A stretch of DNA of 63,541 bases, the filler included, from Reticulomyxa filosa (taxonomy: Eukaryota > Protista > Foraminifera): NCBI GenBank assembly GCA_000512085.1. It is 12 parts of 12 records of this genome, joined end to end, with 100 filler letters (N's around TTAATTAATTAA, not from the genome) between each part and the next. Parts side by side here need not be neighbours in the genome. Positions count along the whole stretch, not along the records: positions 19,531 to 33,229 come from ASPP01008235.1; positions 33,330 to 41,941 come from ASPP01006624.1; 10 more parts are not named here. One strand, given 5' to 3'. The notes under the pieces are model-generated. The model did not search any database, had not been told where the DNA came from, and saw only the letters and a list, made by a program, of their open reading frames with translations. Position 1 is the first letter of the stretch. Each line of letters begins with the position of its first letter. The position numbers were made by a program, and so were the translations under genes. Positions 26,501-40,257 of this stretch are shown piece after piece.

Positions 26501-28179
26501 TCCATTGGTTACAGCGAGAACTTTGTTGCAAAATTAATTGAGTCTTTGATGGAAACTGTATTGTTTTGCCACAAACTCAATTGTGTCAATATGAATCTCA
26601 ATATCAGTACGTTTTCTTTTTGTAATGCTTCTTTTTATGTCCATATGCTATATATTATACACCTATAAAAGTCACGGAATATGTATCGCATGTTTGAAAT
26701 AGACCATTTGGCATTTGACTCGCAATTACGACCAATTTTGATGGATTTCTCTCGTGCAGTAATCTTAGAATCCAATCAAAAAGTGGATCATATCAGTTAA
26801 AAATTGGATTTTTTAATATAAATTTGTTATATATTTTAGTTTAAACTTAATATTTTGAAATTGTGAATATTTAGTAAACATTTCAAGTTCAACCCCTCCT
26901 GAGCTACTTTTACTGGGAGCCAATACTGGCATGAACATCGCATTGAATGGCGAGACTTTGCGTAAAGCGGATTCATGGAGAATTGGTGTGTTGTTGTATG
27001 CATTGGTAACCGGTACGTTGCCGTATTTAGCATCCACTCAACAAAACTCTTTCACGCAAATTTTGGCACAAAAGCCAATCATTCCAATTGAAGAAATCAA
27101 ATGTTCATCCGAACTGAAGCAATTGATTTCAAAGTTATTGGAACCGACCTATTTCAAGAGAGTGGATGTTCAAACTGCATTAAAAGAGACTTGGCTGAAG
27201 GTTAACTGACTTATAAAAAATGATCAAACAAATAAACACATACATAACCAAAACAAAAAATGGTAAATTACATAGAACGCGCCTTCAGATTTGTTGCCTG
27301 CTGAAGTGTTTGCCAAAGTGCAACATTTTGACCGAATTGAGGAAGTTAGAAATTGGATTTCTGCTATCACTCAGTTGAGTCTCAAACCATAGTTTTTTTC
27401 TCCAATTTTATGCAACACAATCATAATGATGTATAAATGCTCATAGCAAAGGATATGATCTTCCAAATCGTTCGCAACGAGACCACAAGTACTTTGCACG
27501 ATTGGATTCCACAGGACAAAGACAAAAATTAACAGTTTAAAAAAAAAAAGAGGGTCGTGTTTTTGCTAAGACTTGATGTAATATGTGTATGTGCTTGATT
27601 TTTCTTGCTGCAGCAAGAGACCCTGTGCTATTTCCTTCAAGATAGATTGGGCTATTCTCCATTCCGAGCACGTGAAACAGTCAAAGTTGAGTAAAAAAAA
27701 AAAAATTAATGCTATTTCGTTGAGAAGGGAAGCGCTTGGTAAGTTCAAAATGTTGTGTTTGCGAAGAAACTTTCCAAAGCGGCAAAGAAATCTCATTGGA
27801 CATGGGAAGAGTTTGAAACACACTATCAAAAATTGGATATAACAAATGATATCATCACGCTATTGACCAATGCCATATTCCGAGGCTTAGACTTGGAGGG
27901 AACAGGCATGGTTCAATCAGCTTTATTGTTGGCGCTCTTTGAAGATATCAATTTGCGCATGAAACCTGTCATTGATAAAATTAAATCACAGCCAGAGATG
28001 AGGTTAGTTCTTGTTTGTGTTAACAAAGTGCTTTGAGACATATAGATAACATGTTGTAATATTTTTACAGCTTTGAAGAAGTTCATGAAGGACTGAGCAA
28101 GGCAATAAAAGAAGGCTTTGATATTTCGGAATTATTACCTGTTGATAATGTCATCAGATCAACAGACGCAAAAAAGTAA
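23507..28179 (+). CDS. Multidomain CDPK-like pseudokinase: two Tudor/Agenet-like domains, EF-hands, an OST-HTH/LOTUS-like domain, a pseudokinase and C-terminal EF-hands
   Basis: ATG at 23507. Repeated W.xG..lEVYS..K.W....I.R.F.D.EGEWLE..Y unit. EF-hand-like DVDLEGT and LDVDNREAIT. LGTFVQQKFPSFDRSNY is LOTUS-like. Kinase C-lobe DFS..TPPE..KADSWRIGVLLYALVTGTLPY. LDSTGQ and LDLEGTGMV EF-like loops. TAA at 28177-28179. Confidence 0.7.
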
Positions 28180-28827
28180 AATATATGACGTATATATTGC
28201 TGTTGGTTGAATTTTTGTCAATCATCAAATTGAGACCGCATTTTCAAAGATGAGAGGTCGCAACTTTTTTCTCCCCTTTGTTTTATTTCAAAATTCTCAA
28301 CCAGAATTTTTTCCTGAAGAGAGTTTTTTCAGGTGTTTTGGTGTTGAATTTTTCATGTTGGTGTTGATTTTCAAATGACGGATATATGGAGTGTTTGATT
28401 CATAAATTACTCCTCACTTGCTTTTTTCAAAGTGTTTTGTTGAGCAATGAACAATAAGAAAAAATGATAACAACAGTATATTCGTAAGAAAATAACTTTT
28501 GCAAATGAAAACACAATAGAATTATTTACTTTTATTGAACAAACGTCGGAGAGATGTAAAAAAAAATTGATTTTGCTTTGTTTTTTATTTTCTGGATTAA
28601 ATGTTTGTTTCTTGCCCGCAAGCAGACAGTGCAAGATTTCATGTTCCAACAATCATTATTCCACACTCAAAAAGAAACAAAACATTAAAAACACAGCAGT
28701 CACCGTTCATTCACAGACACACCCGAAACGAAACACAGACAGTTCTAATTTCCCAAACAAAAAACGTAACAACGAGCGAAGAATCAAAACAAATCAAAAA
28801 AACAAAAAAACTCGAAACAAACAAAAA

Positions 28828-31800
28828 TCATTGAAACATTGGGCCAGTTGACAAGCCAGATCTGTCCTCCAATTCCACAAGATTGACTCTTAACAATATG
28901 GGGTTGCAAAAATGCTGACAACGAGTCATCATACAAACGTGATTAAGATGATTGAGTTTGCACTCATCATACCACTCGTTCATGCATTCCACGTGCCCAC
29001 CATGGCCACAAGTTTGACACCAAATCAATGTAGCAAATCCATTGTCAAAAATTTCACGAGAAGCATTGGGTGGTAACTTGTAACATTCTCTCTCACATTG
29101 CAAGCATATTGCCTTTTTTTTGACGATATTTAGATGTGTTTTGGATTGCCATGTTTTTACAGTCAAACGTAAATTGGAAGGAATAAAATGGCGTTGGATA
29201 TTTTGCAGTATTTGTTTGGCATCAAACGAATCGTTTTCCAATGAAAATGAGTTTTGTTCTTTTTCTAGACGTGAAAATAGAGTGATGCAGTGATTATAAA
29301 AACGATACGCTTGCCTCAATAATCCATGATGTTGTAACATATCATTATAAGTGAGCAACAATTCAAACACGGTTTGAGAGGAGTAATGTTGTGTGATTTG
29401 TTTGTATGTGTCGACGAATATCAAAAGAAGTGCTACATTGGTTGTAATATCTCCTGCAAGTTATAATGTATATTGATGTGTATTATTTTTTGTTGGATCA
29501 TGTTTTTTTTAAAAATTGAATAATTAACCTCTTTCATTGCTTTCTTCCATGACTTTGAGTAAAAATTGTGAAGTGAATTGAGTAGTGAAAATTTGATTGG
29601 AAATTTCCTTGTTAAGGGGTTTCGAAATGGTTGTTTGTTTTTTGTTTTTTGTTTTTTTTTTTCATGTTGCAAAAAGTCTTGTTTGAGTGATGCACTCAAA
29701 CAATCGTCCATGGACGTGATCCATTGAGGCACTTCTTCTTGCTTGCAACAGACGTTTTTGGATGTGTTCTCAGCACGAAGAGAAGAGTTGTTATTTAATT
29801 TTAAGGTGTCTGTGAGGGGACGATGATCCGTTTGTTGCAAGTGCTTTGCAATGGCTATGTCTTGTGGCTCACCAGACGTAGATAAGAGGATCGTCTTTGT
29901 ACCTGCACACGGTAATAATGGAGACGACTTTGTCTCTCGGGCGATCATCGTGGACGGATGTTTCGTGTGGCAGTTGTCAACAGCTGAGGTATCCACGTTA
30001 TTGTAGTCTTCACCGAAGAAAAACAATTCGTCATCGATATTCGTCCAAACCCCAGGAGTTGCCAACAAGAAAGAAGGAGAAGAAGATCCATTTTCCTCAT
30101 CATTACCTTCTTCTTCTTCTTTGACTTTGTGCAAGACATTGGCTTCACTTGCGTCTTTTTTTAAAGCTGCCACTTGGCTCGGATCTTGATCTTTCAGTGG
30201 AGGCGTCAGGGTATACTCTTCTTTGCTCTCATGGTGATCAGTATCTATCACGTTCACATCTCCATGGGTAGAGACACTATCACTCACGTCGCTATCCATC
30301 AATACGTCCATGTCTTTGTCGGATTGCTTTGCTTCGCTTTCGTCCGTTGAATACTGAGCTGTGGTCGCCGTCGTGGATTCTTCGCTCTCTTTGTTCTGCA
30401 TTTCATGCATCCACAACAAAACTGACCATAGCTGAACGAGTTCGTTGTTTTCAATTTTCAATGCCACCTGTGCATGTGCGCCATACATACGTACATTACA
30501 TGCAATGCATTACGCTTCACTCAAAGGAAAATAAATACAGAAAAGTGTTTGTTTTGAATACTTACATCCATGTTATGTTTACAAATGGTTGGTATGTCTC
30601 CTTTCAACTTATAATATCTTGCCAAGTGTTCAAACTCTTTGGGACGTTCTGACGTCTGTTCCAAAATGAACCAATCAAACAAAAGTCAAACTAAACACTT
30701 TTTTTTTTTTTTTTTTGTAGTGTGTGTGTGTGTGCGTACATGCATTAAAATAAATAAATAACTGAGCCTGCAGGTAATACTTCATCCAATACCAAAATAC
30801 TACTTTTGTTTTCATACCGACTGAACACGTCACAAGGCTTAGAAAACAAAGGAGAAGTGTACGTTTCTTCTTTGTGAACAGGGGTGTCATTTTCGGCGGC
30901 TGCAAATGGGTCTAGCATGAAAGATGTCACATTTTCTTTTTCTTTGTCTTTGTCTTTCTCTTTCTCTCTGGAATCCAAATGAGGTTCATCCACAAAGTCG
31001 ACCGAACTGCTCTTATCTTTTCGGATTTCGTCGTTATTATTCTTTTCCAAACCGCTGATAGTACCCAACAAAGGACGAAGCAGTCCAAGTAAAGGTTTGG
31101 AATCGCTTTTCCGATTTGTCGTATTTGACTGTTGTTGTTGTTGTTGCTGTTGCTGTTGCTGTTGCTGTTGCAGTGGTGGTTGAGACTCTTCTTTTGCTTC
31201 GTTGCCTTTATCCGTTTTCGACACTTGCTTGTTCGACTCATGAGCATGCTCTCCCTCCTCTTCATTTTCAGAGCTGTGTTCCAAACTTTCGGCGGTTTTG
31301 GGATACACGCGACTGAACTTGTGCAAGATGGGACGTTCTTGTTTGGGCGGATGGATTTGCGGACAAAACAGCGGATTGACGGCAGCGGCGGCGGCGGAGG
31401 AAGAAGAGGAAGAAGAGGAGGACGAGGAGGAAGCAGCGGTGTCGGAAGTGATAACAGGTCCATAAGTTTCATCTCCAAAAGGATGGATGTCACTTCTGGG
31501 GACTGTTATAAACATGGTTTCCTCAAATGGGGATATGTCAATCGTGGTCATCGGTAAGTCTTTGCGAGGGCAATAGCAAGATGCACAATCGTGTACGATT
31601 ACATCAGTTGAGCAAGATATGATGTACATATGTTTTTTATTGGTGTTGGACCTATTATATGTATATATATATACATATATGTACATATATGTGTACATAT
31701 ATATGTATATGTATACGTATATTCATTTATGCAGTTTTTGAAAAAATAAACTCATCGCCTTCCTTCGACCAATGTTGCACCACGTCATCATCGCCATCAT

Positions 31801-32238
31801 CTTTTTGCTTTTGAAACTTGTAATCAAGCGTAAGGAACTCAAATCCGGTGACAATATCGGAATGTCCGCTAGCCTCTCCAACGGGTATGAATGGTGAGTG
31901 TATATCCCAAACATGGATTCGATGGTCCCACGCGCTGGAGTTTAGCGCACCGATTTGCAAAGCCGCCAAGCTTCGAATGTCGTCGCAAGGCCTCCAGCAG
32001 ATTTTAGATACATTTCCGGTGTACACTTCCCGTCGCGGCATAATGCAAGAGAATGATTGACTGCACGACAACAAGGACAGGCGAGATTGCGACTGAGTGC
32101 AAGCTTGAAATTGCGGCGACCTGAGATTGGGCGTCAATTCTGGTGTTTGCTCCTCGATGGAAATGGAGCCCAGACCCATGATCCCTTCGGCACCGTCAAT
32201 GCGTGGCGACGTGGCCCAAAGCGACGACGGACCCCAAC

Positions 32239-32269
<31 letters not shown>

Positions 32270-33140
32270 GGCCCCCAAAGAGTGTAAAGCATTGATGGAC
32301 TGGCCTTTACGCGAATACGAAGGTAATGCACTCCACGAATGGACCCCGTGACTATTACCTGATACAAACTTTTCATTGGACAAGTCCCAGACTTTGATCG
32401 TGCCATTGCGTTTGTCCCCGCCCGTAGCGATGACATTGGGCTCCATTGGATGCCAGTCGATGCATCGCACTTCGGTGTTGTGCGCTAAAAAGGACAGGTT
32501 TGGCATGGACATCTTACGCACGTCCCAAATCTTGACAAACCCTTCACTGTAACAGCTTGCAAACACATTCCCATCGAACGGAGAAAACTTGACGCTGGAG
32601 ACACTTTGGTTCCCGGATTTCAATTGGAACATCTTTTCCACTTGAGAACGCTCAGCACAACGAAGTCGTGCAGTCGGCAGCTACCATCACCCCCTCAGTT
32701 AAAATGCAATGCGTTGTGTCTGGCTGCCAACAAGCAGTGTTTACCAATTCTGCACAGCCTTGATCTCGCTCGACTACTTGACGACCTGTTATACACATAT
32801 ATATATATGAATATTTTAATCGATATGCTTCAAAGTTCATGTCATTCAATTTTCTTTTGTAGCACAATACCAACATCGGATAAAGGATACCTTCGCGATT
32901 AAAGTCGAATATCCCCAATCGATTTTCATGAGACACCCTCAGCAATCTTGTGGTGGTAAGTGAATTAAACTCCATGATTTTGCATCCAAGACGAATGTTA
33001 CCACGCTGACTGCATCCGTACGTTTTTCTGGTCTTCAATTCCCCTGTCACTTCGTTTAATTCTAGCAACACTGTTCCTCGACGTCCTCCTACCGCAATGC
33101 TTTTTTTGTCTCGAGATACTGCAAGACATGTCCAATGCAT
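28828..33140 (-). CDS. WDR24: WD repeat-containing protein 24 (GATOR2/SEA complex subunit Sea2), spliced
   Basis: N-terminal WD40 repeats (VKFSPF..GFVKIWDVRK; CIDWHP..IATGG..IKVWDL; VSKICWRP; DHRIHVWDIHSPFIP..GHSDIVTG) and a C-terminal RING-like WCQTCGHGGHVECMNEW..C..CQHFC. Confidence 0.8.
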
Positions 33141-33329
33141 CTCCTTTGCACTCCACTTTTTTATTCATTGCATTTGTTTATTTATTTATTTATGTATTTT
33201 TTTAAAATGCACATGCAGTTAAAAAAAAANNNNNNNNNNNNNNNNNNNNNNNNNNNNNNNNNNNNNNNNNNNNTTAATTAATTAANNNNNNNNNNNNNNN
33301 NNNNNNNNNNNNNNNNNNNNNNNNNNNNN

Positions 33330-33366
<37 letters not shown>

Positions 33367-33367
<1 letters not shown>

Positions 33368-36300
33368 TCGAAAGCACAGACGAAGAAAAAAAATCGTTGG
33401 TGGTATACATTGCACGTGCGCACGATATCATTGTAAATTGTTGCAATGAGTACTTTCAGCAATATCGTCGACGCGTATACGTCACGCCAAAATCTTATTT
33501 GTCCTTCATCAACACCTACAAGCAAGTGTATTCCAACAAACGCAAGGAAATTGACATTAAGGCAAGAAACGTAAAACTGGGACTGAACAAAATTGCAAAA
33601 GCGTCGCAAGACGTCGAAAAGATGAAGGACGTGCTTCGAGTTCAAGAAGAGGAATTAAAAGTGGCTGAAAGAAACACACAAGAAATGTTAGTGAAACTAG
33701 AAGTAGGGGCCAAAGAAGCCGAATTGCAAAAGCAAGAAGCTGAATCAATTGAAAAAGACTGTGCAGCTACGGCTGCAATGATTGCCCAAGAGAAGGAAGC
33801 TGCAAATCAAGAATTACAAGTTCATCACTTATGTTCATATATTTACACACGTATATACTATACACAAACATCTACGTATACATACATGTGTATACGTAAT
33901 TTTTTTTTTTTTTTTTTTTGTTGCTTAAAATAAATATTTAAAAAATTCTAAAGGCCGCTTTGCCATTTATGGAAGAAGCGAAAAAGGCAGCTCAGTCTCT
34001 GAACAAAAAGGATATCAACTTTGTTGCCAATTTGCCCAAGCCTCATGATCTCATCAAGCGTATCATGGACTGTGTGTTGATATTGACGCATCAACCCGTC
34101 GTCCGAACCGAAATGACTCAAATCGTAGTCAACAAAGAGGCAAGGCCTTTTCTGAAAGACAGTTATGCGGAGTACTCACTGAAGATGATGAGCAGCGCGT
34201 CATTTATTCCAGACCTGTTCGACTTTAGTGAAAACCGAAAGGATATGATTAACGAAGAAACGATGGAATTGTTGGAACCATATTTGGAGATTGAAGATTT
34301 TACACCTGATGCTGCAAAAGTTCTTTTTTTTTTTTTTTCTCTCAAAAAAAAAAAAAAAAAAAAAAATAGTAACTACGTATATCCAAAAAAAAAACAAACA
34401 AAAAAAAAAACAGAAAGTTGCATCTGCAGCTGCAGGTTTATGTATGTTTGTTCGAGCAATGTTCAATTATCACAAAGCGTCATTAATTGTTGCGCCACGA
34501 TTGGCGGCATTGCAAATAAAGGAATCTGAACTGGCCGATGCGGAAGCAAAGAAAAAGAAAGCGCAACAGGCAACAGCGGCAGCCCAAGCAAAAGTAGACA
34601 ATTTACAACAAGACTTTAGTAACACAATGGCCGAAAAAAAAAGAATTGAAGACACCGCAAAAGCGACACAAGACAAAATGGCAGCGGCAACTAATTTGAT
34701 TGGAAGTTTGGCCGGCGAAAGGGATCGATGGATAGAAGATGCCAAGAGTTTTGCCGATGAGAAAATTCGATTGATTGGAGATGTCGCTTTAGCGTGTGCG
34801 TTTGTAAGTTATTGTGGGCCATTCAATCAACAATATCGCAAAAAAATTTTGGACGAATACTTTTATTTGGAATGTGTGAAAATGAATATTCCTGTGACAA
34901 GAAACTTGGATGTAAACAAATTTTTAGTTGATGATTCAACTGTCGCGGAATGGAATTCTCAAACATTGCCAAAGGATGATTTATCCATTCAAAATGGTAT
35001 TTTGGTCACCCAGGCCACTCGTTGGCCACTTATCATTGATCCACAAGGCCAGGCTGCACAGTGGCTTAAGCATCGTGAAAAGGCAATGTACCCTATTTTG
35101 GGACGGTTGTCATTAATGACAACAAACTTCGTGATAAATTAAAATATACCATGCAAGAAGGCAAAGCTTTTTTGGTTGAAGGGGTGGAAGAAGAACTGGA
35201 CCCATGTTGGACCCCGTTTTGGAAAAAAATACTTTTCGACAAGGCAAAACACTTTACATTCACATTGGAGATGAAGATGCCGAGTTTCATACCAGCTTTC
35301 GCATTTACTTCATTACCAAATTGAGTAATCCTCACTTCAGTCCAGAATTAAGTGCCAAAACAACCGTGGTTGACTTTGCCGTCACTCAAAAAGGTTTGGA
35401 AGACCAGTTGTTATCGCGTGTGATCAATGAAGAACAGAGATCACTTGAAGATCAAAGAGTGAAATTGATTGAGGAAGTGAACGCTAACACAATAGCGCTG
35501 TCGAAATTGGACAAACAGCTGCTTCAAAAGCTGAGTGAAACGGAGGGTGATCTATTGGAAGATGTGGAGTTGATTCAGGTTTTGGCAGAGACCAAGCGAA
35601 AATCGAGTGAGGTGAAATCAAAAATTCAAATTTCAAAAACAAACAGAAATTATGATTAACAAAAAAGTTTATAAATTTTCTATTCAACTTTGATGAGATT
35701 TTTTTTTTTTTTTTTTGTTCAGTAATTGCAAAGTACTTTATGGATCACTCCATTTTTTTGTTTGTTTGTTTTTGTTTTTTTTTTTACAACTATTATTATA
35801 TGATTTAGCGTGAGCAATATCGTGACGTGGCCACTCGTGGAAGTGTGCTATATTTTGTGATGGTGGACATGTCGCTGGTGAATTGGATGTATCAAAGTTC
35901 ATTAGCGCAATATTTGAAATGGTTTGACAAATCGTTGAAAGATTCACAACCAGCAAACTTGGTTCACCAAAGGGTCCAAAATATTATTGATTTCATGACA
36001 TATCACATTTACGATAACGTTAGTCGTGGTTTATTTGGCCGAGACCAATTAACTTTTAAGTTGATGTGCGCCTTGCGCATTTCGTCAACTGCTAATCTGT
36101 TGGCAAATGAAGAAATCCAAACTTTCCTCAAATGTGGCAGCGCGTTGGCAACTGACAAGCTCCCAAAAAAGCCTTTTGACTGGCTACAGCCAAATGCATG
36201 GGCAAATTGTGTGGCATTGTCACAATCGTTAGACTTTTTTCGAGATTTGTTAATGTGCATTGGTGGCAATGAAAAAGTTTTTTTATACGTTTTTTTTTTT

Positions 36301-38775
36301 TTTTTTTTTTTGCGACGTATAAAAAAAAAAATAGAAACAAACGACCTTTTTTTTTTTTTTTTTAAATTTGTTGTTATTACACGCAAATGTGGACACAAAG
36401 GCGTGGAGGCTCTGGTACGAAAGTGAAACCCCAGAATCCTTGGACATCCCCGTGCTACAAGAGCGTCTCCAACAAATAAAAATGCGATCGTTTATGAAGA
36501 TGGTGCTAGTAAGAGCGCTACGTGATGATCGCATGACACTGTCTTCTCAGGGATTTGTGGCTGAGGTAATGGGTGAAAAGTACATCCAGCCACTGACAGT
36601 AACAATGGAAGAAGTATGGAAAACTTCAGATAAACTGACACCTACAATTTTAATGCTAACTCCTGGTGCTGATCCAACACAGACTCTGAAAGACCTCGCC
36701 AGAAAAATGGGCGCTGGCGTGGAAATCGTGTCGATGGGGGAAGGACAAGAACCTCATGCAACCAAAGCCATCACTTCGTCAATGGGAAAAGGCGATTGGG
36801 CTTTGCTGCAAAATTGTCATTTGGGACTCAAATATATGGCAAGCTTGCCCGATCAATTGAAAAAATGGAACGAAGAAACAAAAGTCGAAGACGGCTTCCG
36901 TCTCTGGATCACTTGCGAACCACACGAACAGTTCCCGATTTCTTTATTGCAAATTTCTGTCAAGGTCACACAAGAAGCGCCTCAAGGCATGAAGGCTGGA
37001 TTGTTGCGCTCATATCGTACTTTGGTCAACAAAGGTTTGTTTGAAATTTCGAATTTTGAATTTTGAACTTTTGATATGAAAAGGAGGGAAAAAAAAAAAA
37101 AAACGGGGTAACAACAACAATATCAGATCGATTGCAGCGTGTGGACAAAAAAGAATGGAGGGATTTAGTATTTGCTTTGTGCTTTTTGCATTCCACTGTG
37201 CAAGAAAGGAGAAAATTTGGTTCGTTGGGATGGAACATCCCTTATGAATTCAACGAATCTGATCTCGATGCCAGCTTGATGTTTTTGGAAAAGCACATGT
37301 TCAATTCACCACAAGATATTTCTTGGCCGACTGTCCAATACATGATTTGCGAAGCCCAATACGGTGGTCGTATCACGGACAATTTCGATCGTATTTTGTT
37401 CAACACTTATGGTACAGCGTGGCTTGGGTCTCAGTGTTTTGACTCCAACGTATGTTTGTGCCTGGCTCCGTTTTTTTTTTTAACTGCTTTTCTCCAAAAG
37501 GGGACAAACAATGAATGACAATAATAATGACAAAAAAATAAATAAAAGTTTACATTCCAATCAACGAAAGGAGGATTTAATTATACAATTCCTCGCGTGG
37601 CGACCGTGGAAGAATATACAAATTATATTCAACAATTCCCAGCCAATGATTCACCAGAAATCTTTGGACTGCATGCAAATGCTGAACTTACATGCGGCTC
37701 AACATTAGCGGCCATTATTTTGAATACAATATTAGATACACAGCCGAAAGAGTCGAGTGGAAGCAGTGGGAAAACTCGTGAGGAAATTGTGAAAGCCAAT
37801 TGCCAAGAATTACTTGAGCGAATGCCTGCGGACTACGTCGAAGAGGACGTGCGAGACAAAATCAAAAAACGACCAAAAGCAGAATTAGACTTCATTTTTG
37901 GAAAAAAGGACACTCGAGGGGTCAATGGCTTTGAGGTGCCGTTGAATGTGTTCTTATACCAAGAAATTGTAAGATTACAAGCCACCATTTCTAACGTTCG
38001 TAACACTCTAAAAAGTCTGATTTTGGCCATCGATGGAGTTGTGATCATGACTCCAAATTTGCAGTTGGCACTCAACTCCATTTATGATGCTAAACCACCT
38101 CGATATTGGTTCCAAGATGCATCTGGTGCCACCATTGCGTGGACTTTACCATCCTTGGCGTTATGGTTCCAGGGTCTTTTGGATCGTGAAAAGCAGCTGA
38201 CAGATTGGCTAGTCCATGGTAGACCTAATGTTCATTGGATGACCGGCTTTTTCAATCCTCAAGGCTTTTTAACTGCGATGAAACAAGAGGTAACCAGAAA
38301 ACATAAAAATGATCGATGGGCTTTAGACGATGTTATCTTAAAAACTGCCATTTTGGATGAAGTCGATTATCGCAAATTTCGATCCCCTCCTGACGATGGT
38401 GGAGTTTATATTCGTGGACTCTTCTTGGACGGTTGTTCGTGGGACTTCAAAGACAAATTATTGTGCGAATCAAAACCAAAAGAATTATTTACCACTTTGC
38501 CCATCATCCATTGCACTGCAACTACCAACAAAATGGTTTGTTTTTGTTTTTCTTTATTACTCGTTTTTCTAATTCCAAAGCTTCACTGTTTGGCGTGACT
38601 ACAAAAGGCGGAGCAGGAAAAAGGAAAAATAAAGTATAAGTTGTATCCCTGTCCTGTTTACACTATTCCTCGACGTACAAATCTAAATTACGTGTTCACC
38701 ATTAATATGCCTTCCAAACAGTCCCCTCAGCACTGGACCATGCGTGGGGTAGCTGCTTTATGCAGCAAAGATTGA
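33367..38775 (+). CDS. Axonemal outer-arm dynein heavy chain, gamma type (DNAH5/DNAH8-like). 5'-truncated (end of AAA4/stalk to C-terminus), 7 introns.
   Basis: YFQQYRRRVYVTPKSYLSFI, RWPLIIDPQGQA, GWNIPYEFNESD, WPTVQYMICEAQYGGRITD, WMTGFFNPQGFLTAMKQEVTRKHK..WALD and C-terminal [17 protein letters not shown] (38773-38775). Confidence 0.93.
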
Positions 38776-40257
38776 AAAATCTCCCTTTTTTTTCTTCATA
38801 ATCATACCTCCTTACCCAATAACACCTGCTGCGTGTGTATGAACAGTCTTGGCAGGCTGTGTTTGGTTGTCTGAGGAGTGTTGTTTCATTAGTTATGTAG
38901 TCAATTTTAAACTTAAACCCACTATTTAACTTAGAAAGATAATTCGTTTGAAAATTTCTCTGAAAAGTTAATTTTGCAAAAAAGTTATACAAACACTTAA
39001 ATTTTACAATAAAATTTGCAAACTTCTTCTAAATTTGGAACGAAAATTATTCACATTTTGATCTAAAAATGCTTCGTTTTCAACAAAAGTTAGAAAAAAC
39101 ACTAAAAATCAAATTGTTTTTTCAATTCTTGACCAAAACTTATTTATGTACTCAAACTTGTTAATTTGTCTGTTGTAATCACTTATCTATATCTTTCTCC
39201 AATCTTCTCCATTTGATCCACATGTGTTAATCTTTTTGTTCATTATCTTGCTGAAAGATATAATATTAATATATGATAAAATTGTCTCTTAAAATTTTTC
39301 ATATTTATGCAAATTATGTCTAATTCAATTTGCATAAATATTCAATATAAATCATTGAAAAGAATCTCCTTATTTTTTTTATTATTTGCATATAATTGTA
39401 ATATTTTTTGAATTAAATTTTTCAAATATAAATATAAATATAATTTTTTCAGTCTTTTTACATAATGATCAAAGCTAATCACCCGAAAATAGAATAAGTA
39501 TCAATTCAATAATTATGAAAATTATATAATATCATATTCTTTATTTTCTATTCATTAACAAACATTTTTTGTTGAAATTTAATACACAATACATATTATA
39601 ATAAGTTGTAGTGTATATTGTGAAATCGATTTATCGCTTAATTTTTCCAGTTACGTTGGCATGAGCTAAGTATTTTTTCTATTATGGATTACCCCCTTTA
39701 ATTTTGTTAATTATGGCTTTTGTAATCGTAATAACATTCTTAATATTATAAATCAAAATATAACAAACTTTGATATAATAATATGTTTCCGTTATGCTTC
39801 AAACGAAAAATATTTGAAAAATAATGTTTTATAATAAAACTTCAAAAGAAAAATTGAAGTAAACTCTATATGAAAAAGTTAAATCTTAAGAAATGTAAAA
39901 TGTATTTTTAGATCAGCAGTGTCTATATATTATTTTTAAAACCTTGAAAAATTACAAATGTTAATTTTAGTTATTTTTCGATTGATTATACATTGATGAT
40001 ATTAGTAACATGTTTGAAATTTAGCTTTTGATTGAAATAATATGAATCTTGAATTGCAAATGTCAAATATTTGAATACTTCAAAATTACAAACAAACAAT
40101 GATTGCAATCTAAAGCAAGAGAACAAAAAACCGAAATTGATTGAGCTGCAAGAGCTTTAGAAAAGCATATTTGTGCGAAAACGAAAAATGCGAAAAATTT
40201 GTATTTCTTTCTATTCACAAATAGATGCCATCAAGCGTTTCTTTGACAAGTTTGCTA

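Noticed and set aside
38808-38878. Hairpin with ATGA downstream of the TGA-ending dynein gene (SECIS-like)
   Set aside because: Lacks the 3' GA of the quartet and the apical AA, and the TGA falls at the normal dynein C-terminus.
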